Shown here: in pieces, positions 50,670 through 63,848 of the stretch
Position numbering within the stretch: the stretch's first letter is position 1
How the letters are laid out: every line of letters starts with the position of its first letter
Assembly: GCF_009834535.1 (NCBI RefSeq)
Contig: NC_045697.1
Span: forward strand, 116,996,001 to 117,060,000
Length of the DNA stretch: 64,000 nt
Source of the DNA: Camelus ferus
Lineage: Eukaryota
Direction of reading: 5' to 3'
Position numbers and translations under genes: made by a program
The notes under the pieces: generated by a model
Databases searched by the model: none
Told to the model about the DNA's origin: nothing
Seen by the model: only the letters and a program-made list of their open reading frames with translations

Positions 50670-50760
50670 CGCACTGAATATACGTATATACTGAATCACT
50701 ATGCTGTACTCCAAAAACTAACACAACATTGTAGATCAAAAAACAAATAAAGAAAAAAAA
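50560..50760 (+). mobile_element. L1 3' UTR fragment containing a (TG)n expansion
   Basis: gagaactatgttcaat...ctgaatcactatgctgtactcc..aaactaacacaacattgta plus A tail. Confidence 0.8.
50628..50666. repeat. (TG)n microsatellite
   Basis: About 19 uninterrupted GT units. Confidence 0.95.
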
Positions 50761-50929
50761 TAATTATTTGGACATTTTGTCCTTAGATTTTAAAATGGGA
50801 CCACAGATTATCCTCTGGAAAGAAGTAAGTCTTCTTTTTCAAGAAATTTAACTGTTTCCACATTAGGAACAAAATAGTAGCATCTGCAGTGTTAGAATAG
50901 TTGGATGTGAGGTTATTACAGAGAACTTC

Positions 50930-51042
50930 TGAAAGAATATGAAAACGAATATACGTAGATTCATGTCTGACTGCAAAACTGTGCTGTGCACCAGAAACTG
51001 ACACAACGTTGTAAACTGACTATAACTCAATTTTTTAAAAAA
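50930..51042 (+). mobile_element. Short L1 3' terminal fragment
   Basis: gaaagaatatgaaaacgaatatacg...aaactgactataactcaa; AGAGAAC on both flanks as probable TSD. Confidence 0.85.
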
Positions 51043-51519
51043 GAGAGAACCTGATAATATATCTTTTAACCATTATTTTATGTACTGTCTTCTTTTTTTT
51101 AATAAAATTATACCTGGATGTAAGTGCTTTTGGAAAAGAAAACACCTAGCTACAAGAGTCTGCTAAATATTTTTAGTAGCATTTTAACCGAGGAGAACAG
51201 CCTGGACTCCCCCAGTGCCGACACTCACCTGACCACTCCGCCAGCACAGACAGGTCCTGTTCTGCAGGAAAGGCACGCCTGCAGGCACCAGTCACACACA
51301 TCTGCTAGACAGGAGTTCTATAGGAAAACTGGAAGAGACAGCAGCTTCTAATAGTCATGAAGAAGTGGGGGAGAGTTAACATGTCTTTTCAACCTGAGAG
51401 TGACTTGAATGTTTCATGCTTTAGGTGGCTTGGAAGACAAAAGATATCTTTGAAAAAGCAAAGGAAGAGAGCAATGGAAAGAAATAAATTTGGGAAAGGC
51501 AATTAAGATTTATTTCAAA

Positions 51520-51680
51520 CCATTTATTTAACTCATAGTAGGTATCAAATACCATCACACACACTGTATTTATTAATTCACTTAATCCTCACAAAATTCC
51601 TGTAGACTCTGCACTATGTTATCTTTAGGTGAGGAGCTGCAGTTAAGATTAAGCTGAAATTAGAATTCCATCAGGACGGC
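51520..51680 (-). mobile_element. MIR remnant
   Basis: catttatt...attcacttaatcctcacaaaattcctg...ggtgaggagctg. Confidence 0.55.
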
Positions 51681-52124
51681 CTTTTGTGTAATTAGAAAGG
51701 GTATGGATAGTTCAGTGTATACTAAGAAGGGTAATTTATGTTTTACCTATAAGCATATTGAAAAATCACCTTTATTTCAGGCAATACAATGTTTCCTATT
51801 ATTTATGGTTGTTTTGAAATGCATGGCACAATCATTATAATAAAACGTTTACTAACGTGTAGGAGATTTTAACACTGTTACAGAGACACTGATGGACAGT
51901 GCTGTTTTCCACCAACCCTGACACATCAACCAGAGTTTCTTCTTGCAAATCATGAATTTTGCCAAGAGTGGTTCAAAAACATCAGACCAAAGAGAATTTC
52001 ATACAGCAAGCTAGGAGAGTCAGTAAATAACATTTTTAAATTTGTGTGATTAAAGAACAGCTTCTAGACTTAATGCCCTAGTTTTAAAGAGTTTGATTTT
52101 CAATATTTTAATACAGTTATTTGT

Positions 52125-52235
52125 GTGTGTGTTAATTTCTGGTGTACAGCTTTAGTGTTTCAGTTAGACACACATATATAAACATATTCCTTTTTTATAT
52201 TCTTTTTCATTATAGATTACAACATACTAACTACT
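52125..52235 (-). mobile_element. Short L1 3' fragment
   Basis: ttaatttctggtgtacagc...tattctttttcattatagattacaa. Confidence 0.7.
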
Positions 52236-53477
52236 ATATATAACTGTATTTAATATAGTTATTTACTTATCTTGCTTTTAGCTCTCCTCACCTCATAAAA
52301 GAACTGAAGAAGTCATAATACATTAAATTATCTCATTTTTCTTTTACCTTAAACTCAACTTATAACCTTTTTTAGGAGATGCTTTAGACTGTACGTTTCT
52401 CAATTAAGAAAGGATGTGCTATTAATATGGTTCATATGACTTCGGCTACATAATTTTATTAGTGTTGATACAAACATATAGAAATATTTGGTACAAAATC
52501 TTACATATTCTGTTAACCACGCACCCTAGTGCTTGTTGTTTGAATTGCCATTTGCATCAATTATACTTGAAGAAAATGAATTGATTAGTTCATTTCACAA
52601 CATAATTTGAAGAGCATTTTACTAGCAATGCTAAGGATTTATAGCACCCAGAGCAAGTAAATTGGAGGGAGGGAGGAAAAAGAAGCTTCTTAGGAAACGA
52701 GGGAAGAGGAGCAGACAGCTGGGAAGGAAACACGAGGCTCTGATGGCCTCAGCCCCAACTGAGAAGATCGTGTGTTTCACTAAAATTGCGTTTTGGGGAG
52801 GCACTTGCAGTAACAGTCTGGCCCCAGTTTCCCTTCAGGACGAGTGTAGAGGAACAGGAGATGAAATGATAAAGAAAAGGCTGACTCAGTATTTATTTTT
52901 TCCCTAACACAAAATCTGTGGAAATTCCCTCTGAGCCCAGTGGCGTTTTATCAAGACCAGAAATTAAAGAAGCCTTGATTTATTACCTGATCTCAAAATG
53001 CACAACACCTTCCAGATGGAAAGACTGATCTATTAATCAGTTTCAGAAAGCTACTTCCACTTTTTTGGTAATGGGATTTGGCATGAATCTTTGTGTGCAA
53101 TTATAAGAATGGCTTTCAGATGCTATAGAAAATATTATTTTTCTGAACTATCAAATATGAAGATAGTGAAAGCTTTACTTTTTCTTGAATTTTTTAAAAT
53201 TGAAGTATAGTTGATTTATGAAGGTGAAAACTCTTAAGATGATTTTCAGAATTCTTCACCCTCTACAAGTGTCGATCAACTTGATATTTCTGATGATAGA
53301 ACTGTGAATCAACTTGATACATGAAACACAAATTAAATTAAACTCAGTTGGTATACTTTAATCTACTTGGAATGATTTATCATTCTTTTCTATTTTTAAT
53401 ATACGAATATGTACAAAACATGGAAGAGAAATTAGACATTTAAAAATCTCATATTCAAATCTATACAGATCTATAAT

Positions 53478-53647
53478 GAAAATCTTTAAAACAGATAAAA
53501 AACAAATATCTTCTGTATAGCACAGGGAACCATATTCAATATCTTGTAATAACCTTTCATGAAAAAGAATATGAAAATGAATATATGTATGTATATGCAT
53601 GACGGGGACATTGTGCTGTACACCAGAAACTGATGCATTGTAACTGT
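53478..53647 (+). mobile_element. L1 3' UTR fragment (type B)
   Basis: ttctgtatagcacagggaaccatattcaatatcttgtaataacc...tacaccagaaactga. Confidence 0.88.
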
Positions 53648-54308
53648 ATTTCTCACTGATTGGCTACTAAGCTATTCCCCCAACACATGCCCAGCAAAAC
53701 TTTCATGGAACCAGGAGTCATTAAATACCCCTCTGACATAATCATTTGTGCTAAAAGTAAGTAAATAAAAAATAAAAACCCTGAACACGTTAATTTAGTT
53801 TATTTAATCATCAAAGAGCATCATCTTCTCTTGAATACAGTCGGATGTACATAGCTTCCTCTTCTGGTCTTGGGCAATGCCTGTTGGAACTGGTGCAAGG
53901 ATTTCCTGATTCAGTTCACTACCTGCAACACCATCTCATCAAGGCGAATCCAGGTGGACATAAGACCTAAGAGTTGGGTCCCAGAAAAAGTCAAGCCTCA
54001 TTCTCTTATGGGCTTTCTTGAAAATTGTCATTTTTTTTAGTCCATTCAATTCATTCATTTATTTTTCTAGAGCCAGAGGATGATTTTCAGTTGTTTTAAG
54101 CAGAAAATTGCAGAAGACAACTTTAAAACCCCAAAGAGATTTGAATGATATTTATCAACAATCATTTATTTACTTATGATTTTTCCATTCAGTAAACAAC
54201 TTCACTGATTTTAGAAAATATAGTATAAGCAAAAGCATTTTGCCTTCAGTGCTGCAATGAGCCAGGCTTCTGTAGATCCTGGGCCGGTCCCACACCTGTA
54301 AGCAGTAA

Positions 54309-54946
54309 TGTAACTGCGCAGGACCCTATGGGGTCTTCCCAGAACAGACCCTCCCCACTGCCATGTGCTCCGCCTGCCTCCCGTTTGTAGAAAACACTTT
54401 AATCTCTTAGGCTTCTCTGAGTTCCAAAGAGTACATTTAATCAGAGAAGCAAGAAAATGCAGAAAGAAAGGAAAAGAGTCAAGCAAGACAAAATAATTAT
54501 AGTTCAGCCATCAAACAAAAGCAAGGACCTTTAGTTCCTCCTCAAGGTCTAGAGAGAATATTCTGAGCCATGTCCTTTGAGCTGTTTTGCAGACACTGAA
54601 ACCCCCACCAGGTGGGAGAAGTTAACTGTGTGCCAGTCCACAAGCACATAGACCCCAGACCCGTTGGAACCAGAAGGTTGATGATGTTGACGCCCGCTGA
54701 CCTCACCACCCACCAGTCAGAAGACTGTCCACGCACTGATCACACCTCCCCGCTCCCTTCTCTCACCTTGTCTTAAAAACCTTTCCCTGAAAGCCTTCAG
54801 GGAGTCTGAGTCTTGTAAGCAGCAGCTGCCTGGACCCCTTGCCTGGCACCTGCAGTAAGCACTGCACTTTCCTTCACCACAGCCCGGGGTCAGTAGACTG
54901 GCTTTACTGCCCATGGGCGAGCGGACCTAAGCTTGGTTCCATAACG
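54309..54946 (+). mobile_element. ERV1-class solo LTR
   Basis: TGTAACTGCGCAGGACCCT head (shared with 5405 and 6537), ends ...GGTTCCATAACG; flanks GTAA/GGAA (degenerate 4-bp TSD). Confidence 0.82.
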
Positions 54947-56129
54947 GGAACTGGCACAATGTTCCTCCCTTTAAAAAACCTCTTTAACTAAAGGCATTGT
55001 GAGTGCTCCTAATTTGCTGACTGCCGCCCAGACGTGGGCTCCGTGCCCAGCGAGACCCTCACCTCCTGTGCTCTCTCTCGGGGTCTGCACAGTCGTCTCG
55101 ACCTGCTGCCTCTCCTTCTGTTGTGTGTCTTGATTCATCCCCCCTTGGTGTATAGCCCCCTCTCTCCATCCCACCGCCCTACAGCTGTCTGTGCTGTGAT
55201 TACTCATTTTTAACGAGGCTCTCTACATATCCAGCACTAAATCATACTTTTCCCTGATAGTAGAAAATCAAATAATCTTGCTCTCTTCATGAAGATATAA
55301 CCTACAAATATAAGAATTTAAAACTTTACCTCTAAACCATGTGTTTGGATTGCAATCTTACTTATTTAGTTCTCATTTTGCATTAGAATCCCTTGTTAGA
55401 ATAAGTGAAGAGGCACGGCCAATTGAAAATTTAAAATGATTCCCCAGCAGGGAGAAAAATGAAAATCTCATTACCTTAGAAATAGTGAACTTCAAGCAAA
55501 ATAAAGGAACACTGGAGGGAGACCTAGGGACGTGAGAACTGTGGTGACCCAGAAGAGTGTGCGGAAGGAGCCGGGCAGGAAGGGGAAATTCAGGCAGACG
55601 ATTTTTTTTTTTTACCTGGTATCTGACTATATTTTCTGGACTTGAAGCCACGTGACTATACCAGCCATTCAAACCACTGAAAAGGAATAAAGCAAACCAC
55701 AGACTATTGGACAAGACATGACCTTCTCTGTCCTTACACTGTTCTTCTTCCTGTTTGCAAGTGAGGAATTGTGGAAACGCTGGGTTAGCAGGTTCTGTGT
55801 GTCCATCCTTGGTGGCAGTAGGACTGCTCTGAGTCAGAGCCCTGGGCCAGATTAGCAAGGGGTCAATTGTCCCTACAACACAGAAGGGATGTTGAATGAT
55901 CAGATGTAGCTGCCTTGGGTCAGGGCGTGAACAGTAAGAAGTGAGGGAATAGTGAATCATTCTATTTAATGGCTGTGAGTTCTCCAGAGAGAGCACAGGG
56001 AACCAAGAAGGCTTTGTCTAATGACACGGACAGAAGTGTCTAGGACTCGCATCTTAAATGCCATATCCTCAACCCGCCCCACCCCCACCCCCCGAGGCAC
56101 TAACTCTCTGACTCCGTCCTCTGTGCTCC

Positions 56130-56339
56130 ACAGCAAGTCTGTGGTCCATGGGCCACATCTGTTTTTACAAACAAACGTTTATTGTAACACAGCCAAGTTC
56201 ACTTGTTTACGTGTGGCCTATGGCTCCTTTTGTATGAAAAAGGTGGAACTGAGTCATTGTAGTGAGACCACATGGTCTGCAAAGTCTAAAATATTTACTA
56301 CCTGGCCCTTTATGGAATAAAAAGACTGCTCACCCCCTG
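56130..56339. mobile_element. MER58A-like hAT-Charlie element
   Basis: cagcaag...atgggccacatctg...gagaccacatggtctgcaaagtctaaaatatttactacctggcccttta...cccctg. Confidence 0.85.
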
Positions 56340-57423
56340 CTCTGAAAGAATGCAAATTTTCCTCCATAGTATGGTGTCACCGAACGGTAGATACACTAGC
56401 TGAATGCAGACGAAACCCTTCCCAGCAGCCTTCCCCTCCTCCTAGTCTAGAGCTGTTGGCTCCCCGCTCCCACACACACACGGAGGAAGAAGAAGGAAGA
56501 GGGACAGGGAGGGAGAAAGAAGAGATGAAGGAACATAGGACAGAAGAGAACTGTTTTGGTTCAGGTTACCTAAGAGACAGCCTCAGAGATGGAGATTCAG
56601 TTGCAGGAAGTTCACTGAGGACAGGCCTCCAGGGAGGAGGCAGCACCAGGGAGGGAGAGAGGGAGCACGGCTGGGGAGAGGCAGGTGTCAGACGACAGCT
56701 CACAGCCTCCATCCCTGCCACCAGGACCGCCCTCTGAGATGCCCACTGGGTCAGCATTCGAGCTGCCATGATGCCGGCAAGGTGATGTCAACAGTCACAG
56801 TCATTTTGTCTAATTGGCTCTTAAGACGTCAAAGTTGGGTGCCCTCTGGGCAGTGACAGATCTCCACGTATCAAGGTTTTCGTGCATCTTCCACACAGCT
56901 CCTGTCTCCGCATTCTAATCTTCTCCCAGGCCCCTGTCCAATCAGCCACGCCTTTGCCTACCACCTTGGAGTCAGTGTGTATGTCTCCCTCATATTCTGT
57001 CTACAGAGTGGACGACCAGCTGAAATGATAAGAGCCCTGTGGGTGGATGCCTCCTCAACGCTGTCTTTCAGGGCCAGCGTGCAGCCATAGTCCATTTCTG
57101 GCTTTTACTCCCACACCCCTAAGCCAGCTCAGACCTTCAGGTCCCATCATTTGGTTGTAAGGACACTCTGCACTGGTGCAGTGAGCGATGGCAAAGGGTT
57201 TGGACCACCTGCTCCTGCCCAGCCTCCCTCTTTCCTGCTCTGCCCGGTCCCTTGTGTACCACTCCTGTCTTGTGATGAACAGCCGCTGAGTCTGCTTGAA
57301 ATTAAGACCTTTCAGGTGTGGCAGATCCCAGGTCCTGGGGGCAGTGCTGGCTGCACAGTCCCTCAACGTCTCCTGGTCAGTTGTTCTGTTTCCATCAAGA
57401 CCTAGAAGCAGGCCAAGAGCTGA

Positions 57424-57730
57424 TTTTTTTTTAATTAATTGAACTATTATCAGTTACAATGTGTCAATTTCTGGTGTGCAGCACAATGTCCCAGTCATGC
57501 ATACACATACATAGATTCATTTTCACATTCTTTTTCATTAAAGATTATTACAAGCTATTAAATATAGTTCCCTGGGCTATACAGAAGAATTTGGTTTTTT
57601 TATCTATTTTTATATATAGCGGTTATCATTTGCAAGTCTAAAACTCCCATATTCACCCCGTCCCACCTCCTTTCCCCCGGTAACCATAAGATGGTTTACT
57701 ATGTCTGCAAGTCTATTTCTGTTTTGCAGA
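57424..57730 (-). mobile_element. L1 3' UTR fragment (type B)
   Basis: Poly-T then acaatgtgtcaatttctggtgtgcagcacaatgtccc...ggtaaccataag...tctgttttg. Confidence 0.9.
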
Positions 57731-59164
57731 TTTTTAAATAACGTGCAATTCTCTGTGGTAGATTGCAGGTTTGGCTGAAGAGTCCTAGGTATCTAATTGT
57801 GATTCTCCTCTGCTCTAACCTCTATGTGACATCTTTCTCCCCGACAGGTACCTGAAACCGTATTTTCCCCCGGGTCCTCTGACCAAGCAGCAGGGCCGCC
57901 TGCCCCACAGCCGGGTCAGGAGAAGAGCCCCGTCCTGCTCAGAGTTCACTGAAGGACAAGTCTTCCCTGTCACTCAGTAATGGGTCACAATCTGAAGAAC
58001 CAGCAGAGACAACCCTTTCTTTTCCAAGGCAGAAGCATGCTATGCAGTGATGTGTCCTTTATTTTGCAGTGGATGCTTGCGTATGCCCCACCCCGGAAAC
58101 TCCCCTGCTGTGCAGGTGCTTGCGTCATTATATGTTTTATTTTCTGGCCTCTGGACTGCATCTGCCTTATCAGAGTCCTTCACATTTAGCTACTTCTTGC
58201 TCATGCAATATGATTGGCACAATGTCATTCATGCACTGCACCATGGCCATGTTTTCAAGAATGCCCAGACGTGCGGCAAAAGATGTTTCCGTATGTATTT
58301 TTTTCACTCAAATGTTTGTATTTTTAATTTGCAAAATAGGTAAGAAATTCTAAAAATGACATTTTTCTCTTATGTTTTTAATTGTAGTTTAGTTTCATTT
58401 CATTAAAATAGAAAATTATCTTGCATAGAGCCAAGAGAATCCAAGAGGAAGTGTCGTTACACAGTGCCATCCTTCGACTCTGGAAGAAGGCCCTTCCATG
58501 GGCCCCACATCTTGGAGGGTCACCGGCTACAGGAGAACTCTGCGCGGCCCGTGGGCTGTGCCCACACAGATAGCGCCCTGTCCCACCCTCCAGACCCCAA
58601 CTCCAGCTTCCGAGATCTCAGAATTTCCCACCCAAACAGCCCCAAGCACGTTTCCAGACACTGTGATTCCTTGCCTAGGGTCTGTCTTCTAGACCTCACT
58701 TTCCTTTGTCCCTTGAAAAGATCCAAGGTTAGGTATTTTCCTTAAAATGGAATTGTTCAAAACAGACAAGAAAAAATACTTAGGGGAATTTTCATTTGCT
58801 CTCCAGCTGCGGGGAGAGTGCTCTGTTTATAGGAAACTGTAGTGAGGAAGCCTTTTCCAAGTATCAGTTCCAGGAAGAGTTTCCCTTCTCCTTGCTTGGG
58901 AGACGAAAGACATTCAGTGCTTTGCTGAACATCTGGGTTCCAGACGCCCCTTTTCAACGTTTTCCCTTTTCAACGTTTTCCCAGAGAAATTAAACAGCTA
59001 GTCAGGTCCCACCCTTATGAAATAGACACAAAAATGGGAGTGCCAATGTGTGTTGATTGGTATGGATAATTTGCATATAAATAACATATTATGCATTATA
59101 TTATGTACATATATTTTATAATTTATATATAAACTATGGTCCTTCTCATCGTTTAAATATTTCT

Positions 59165-59263
59165 TTATTTTTTAATTTAAAAAATTTTAGTGATGGTACT
59201 GGGGATTGAACCCAGGACTTCAGGCATGCTAAGCACATGCTTTACCATGGAGCTATACCGCCC
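59165..59263 (-). mobile_element. tRNA-Ala-derived SINE
   Basis: ggtactggggattgaacccaggac...catgctaagcac...gagctatacc. Confidence 0.9.
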
Positions 59264-59279
59264 AACTCCTCTTTTAAAA

Positions 59280-59411
59280 TTTTTTTTTTTGCAGCGAGTG
59301 GGTGGTAATTGGGTTTATTTATCAATTTATATTTAAATAGAGGTACTGGGGGTTGAACCCAGGACCTTGTGCTTGCTAAGCATGAGCTCTATCACTCAGC
59401 TATCCCTTACC
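59280..59411 (-). mobile_element. tRNA-Ala-derived SINE (long-tail form), adjacent to the previous one
   Basis: gaggtactgggggttgaacccaggacc...tgctaagcat...cagctatccc with the ggtaattgggtttattt tail. Confidence 0.9.
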
Positions 59412-61312
59412 CTGTTAGAAATGTAAATATTACGTTTTCTAATGATATGGTAGTTTCTAAACACAGAACTCCTATTTGGGTTGCACTGGGTAGTTTCTCT
59501 CACAGAAGCATGCGCAAGGGCAGTAAAAAATAGGCTTCGGTGTTGATGATGAGAATGCTGATTGAGGGCGGTGTACTTCAGTAATTTTTGCAACACTTCG
59601 GGAAGGTGTAATTATAGCAGACAAAGAGCTCTGTTTGAAAGAATGTGATGTATTCCTTATAACTTGCAACTAAACGAGGTAATTATTCTCAGTTATTTAA
59701 ATTTAAGGATTTGTTCTCTTGAAGCCTGGAAGCCCATCTGTGCTGTGCCTGAGTCTCATTTCCCTGATGCTAAATGCCAGGGCGCTCAGCACTGTCATCT
59801 CCACTGCAGAAGCTGTATTCAAATGAGAGCTGTTTGCAGTTGCTGTAAACTTAAAGCCATCTTCAGAGTCCTTGAGTTTTCCTACGCCTGGTTCCCGAAT
59901 CTCACGTGTATACCCACAGACTCTCCTTGTTGTTGCTTTGTGAGACGCCCTCTTCCCCGTTCAGCCTCGCTTCTTGAGCTTTCGCTCCTAAAATCACCTG
60001 GAGACCAGTTGGCGTGAGTCATGAGCAGAAGGTAAACACCACGGAGACATGATATGACAGACACACTCTGCTCATCTTCATGTCTGAACGATGCTTAGTA
60101 TCTGGACCAAAACCAAAACAAACCAAACAAAGCATTCGAAGCCGAGAAGCCCCCATCCTCACACACTATGAGCCACTTCAGGATGGACGCCTTCCTTTTG
60201 TGATGGAGACCAAGCTCCAATTCTTCCTTTGGTCTCCTCCATGCAAATGAAACACCAGTAAGTTGGAGTTCAGCTTCTGATACCTGCCTGTGGCTGCCTG
60301 GTGGCCCCAGTGTGGTCCTGGGGACAAGCAAGAGTAATCATGCCTGTGCTGCTTTTAGCCTACTTCCTCTTCGCTGTTCTCAGTGTGCAAAATACATTTT
60401 TTCCTACTATTTTTTGGAAAGGAAACAGCAAGTACTCCACCAAGACGCTTGTCATTTCTCAAGCAAGATGCACATTTCCTCCTTATTCTCTCCCAACTTT
60501 ACCTGGTGCCATTTTTAAAACACATTCACCTCTTACATCTCCCTTCCCTGCCTTTTCTCCTGAGGAGAACTTGGGAAAATTGATACATCCACCCCCGTAA
60601 ACCCCATTCCTTTATTTTCTCAAATGAGCCAATACCCCCAGGTTCAATAATATTACTAGGATTTCTACTATGATATATTTCATCTGTTTCCAGGGTTTTA
60701 TCTAACTTTCTGTTGCCTATTCCAAGACAGTCTTTTTTTTTTTTTTTTTTCCGTTCAAGATTTAATTATTTGTATTTATTCATTGCAAGCAGAAATTGTG
60801 CAAGACTTTGAAATGCGGCAGGGACCCTGACAAGCTCCTCCATCTGGGTTGTCTCTGTCTTTGATTCTGGTGGGCTGTTTTATAACTCTACAGAGAGAGA
60901 TGTTAATTTGTAGAAAACCGAGCATAATGCAAATCATTTCTGCCCATTGAAATGCAGATTGCGACGAGTGGAATGCAACCAGCCATTGCCCTGAGAACAT
61001 TGACTAGTTCTGCCAGTTTCTCATCCCTTTATAAGTTCATTTCCGCCTTCCTTATCTGATTATAAATGTGCACTCCTTTATCAGTTCTCCTTTTAACCAT
61101 GTGACATTTTTCTCTTTTTCCACATTAATTAATTAAATAGTAACCATTGCTAATTCAATAAAACTTTTGACCGACATTCATTTTAAATTTGTATGAGATT
61201 CACAATTTTGTCTTTTTTGGAGAATTATTCTTTATGATCCTTTCCCAAAGCTTCAACCTGACTCTCTAGAACTTTACTCAGCCCATTTGGAAAAATTCTA
61301 CTCCAGTCCTCT

Positions 61313-61995
61313 TATAATGGTGCAGGTCTTGCCTTGCCAGTACAGATCCCCCACCACACCCTCATCCTCGTCCTCTGTCTGCCTCTTGTCTGTAGAAAAA
61401 CTTTAGCCAAAGAATAAATTTAATCAGAGAAATGAGAAAATGCAGAAACAAAAGAAAACAGTCAAATAAGACAAAGTAATACTAGCTTATTCACTAAACA
61501 AAATCAAGGACTTTTAGCTCCTCCTCATGGGCTACAGGTAATACTCTGAGCCATATCCTTGGAGCTGTGTTGTAGATATTGAAGCCTGCCCCAGGTAGAA
61601 GACGTTAACTATGTGATGACCAGACTGTAGCCATGAGGTGAGCTGCCACAATTCTGAGAACTGGCCTAGAGAAAATGGGAAAAACAACTGACCCTGGAAC
61701 TGAAGATTAATAGTACTTAAAACAATCAGGATGATCTTGATCAGACCCCGGCACGACTGATTCCAGGATGACTGTCAGAGCCGACCGTGCTCCTCCTGCC
61801 TCTGCACCCTTGAAACTCCCCTTTAAAATCTCTTGCCCCTGATTGGCAATGAGAAGTTGGTTCTCTGGGACACGAGTCCACCTTCTCCCCAGGATTGTTG
61901 GCTTCCTCAATAAAGCTGTCTTTCCTTTTACCCAACACTTGTCTTTTAGTATTGGATTCTTGGGTGACAAACAGCCAAACCTGAGTTCAGTAACA
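61313..61995 (+). mobile_element. ERV1-class solo LTR related to 54309-54946
   Basis: Shares tttaatcagagaa...aaatgcagaaa...caaggac.tttag...ctgagccat.tcctt with 54309; AATAAA at ~61909; ends GAGTTCAGTAACA. Confidence 0.85.
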
Positions 61996-63696
61996 CTGTC
62001 TCCTGGAATCCATCAGAGGCCACATCCACCCGTGCTCAGCTACTCAGAGGTCCCAAGGGCAGCTTTAATCAGGAGTGGCAGACAGCTTGGAATGGCAGTC
62101 AGGAGAGGGGAGCTGTCCTTCAGGTCACCTGTATCCCAGAACCCTTTCCTCCTCTACTGGTTCTAATGGGCCCTTCTGGGTGCTAGACTATTTGTATTTC
62201 AAAGGCAGATGACTAATAGCCACACAAGAAACATGTATCTGAATGAAATCTTTAAAAACTATCGCCCAGTACTTATTTTAAAAGACAGTAGAATCAGTTG
62301 TAGGACTGGAGAGCTTGTACATACAATGCAGAGCTGAAAGGACCTTTAAGAGATTATAGGATAGGGTTTCACGCCCGAATGTATCTCCATGGCTTGAGTA
62401 AAACAACTGAGTCAGCGTTTAAATGCATGTTGCTCAGTCTCAGTTTTAAACTCTATTTTCTAGATGTCTTTTTCTCGCCTTTATTTCCTTTTTTATGGAC
62501 CTGTATTTTCCCCTATACTTTTTAAATGGTTGGTCATGCAGATTAGTTTACTAAGGAGAACCGCCCCATGAAATTACAAATTTTCAGAAACCAGATGCTT
62601 TTCAAAACATGTTTTCAGAAAGAATATTCACTATATAACACATGAGTTACCTAAAAGAAGGCCCCATGTCATCTCATGCTTAATTACCTTATTTTTTTAT
62701 TCACCTGGATTTTGAAAATTTCTTAAAAGCTATTTAATATCTCCAGCCAACTGAGCTCTAGATCTGCTCCCTTTCCTAGCTTTGAAACAAAAAGTCTCCA
62801 AGGACTCAAGATTTCAGGGACTAGATTAATAAGTGCTTTCAAAGCGAGCATTAGTTTTTCTGACGTGGGTCCCTTTCCTGTGCCTCACTGTGTCTCATCA
62901 CCCCTCCCAGCTGCTGCAAATGCAGGGAGCACAGGTTGCATCATTTTTCATGATTCCTCAGACTCCTAGGGCAGCACCAGGGTTGGACTGCTGGCTGGAG
63001 CATACACACGTGGTGCCCTCCATCCTGTGAGCTGGGGCAGGTCAACTTAGCCTTCCTAGGTGTAGGATGTGGCTAGGAATCAGTGGATCGGGAGATGGCT
63101 GTGAAAGTCAAAGACTAGGTGCAGCGTTGGGCATTGATGTTGCCTCTTACTTCTGTGCCAGCTCCCCCGATGGATGCTGAGCAAGAGATGGGATGAATGA
63201 ATACTGGGCTGGCACCCAAAATGCAATGTGTCAATATCTGGAGCTGTATTGTCCCTCGTCTTCAGTTCTCGTTAGTGTGACTAGAAGGTGTGTCCACTTC
63301 AAGCTCTTGGAGTGCGTGTCACTGGCCCTCTGAACCAATGGAAAGGAAACACATTACAATTTATGGGTACCTTAGACTTTAATGCTGTCACCTTAATAGG
63401 GACCCACAATTTTAGAGCTATGTTTACAGTTAAATAAGTCACAACATTGTATCTCAATATCATTACAAAACTGAGAAAATTGCAGTTTCTAGGTTATTGG
63501 TTGGAATAATCTTATGTAACTATACATGCATCTCCAATGACCTCCATGAGCAACTATGTTATTTGGACCCGACCCTGAATGTTCTTGTTTATGAGAACAT
63601 GACTATCTTTGTCTACGACATTTCATTTTGCCTTCCTATTATATATAACCCAGTGAAATTCTAGTTAATAAAGACTGCTTTCTCCCACTCTACATT

Positions 63697-63848
63697 GTTC
63701 TATTTTTATTTCATTTTATTTATTTTTTTTTTGCTGGGGGTAGGTAATTTGGCTATTTATTTGTTTATATTAATGGAGGTACTGGGGATTGAACCTAAGA
63801 CCTTGTGCATGCTAGGCACGCACTCTACCACTGAGCTACACCTTCGTC
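63697..63848 (-). mobile_element. tRNA-Ala-derived SINE (long-tail form)
   Basis: ggaggtactggggattgaacc...gcatgctaggcacgcactctaccactgagctacacc. Confidence 0.92.

Noticed and set aside
55373..55996. Longest ORF (207 aa, minus)
   Set aside because: No recognisable domain, non-ATG start, runs through a homopolymer tract; consistent with a chance ORF.
59544..59640. C/D box snoRNA (TGATGA followed by CTGA)
   Set aside because: The CTGA is only a few bases after the C-like box, and there is no properly spaced D box or terminal stem.
60021..60076. miRNA-like hairpin (ATGAGCAGA ... TCTGCTCAT)
   Set aside because: Only a 9-bp stem with a large unpaired loop; too weak to call.
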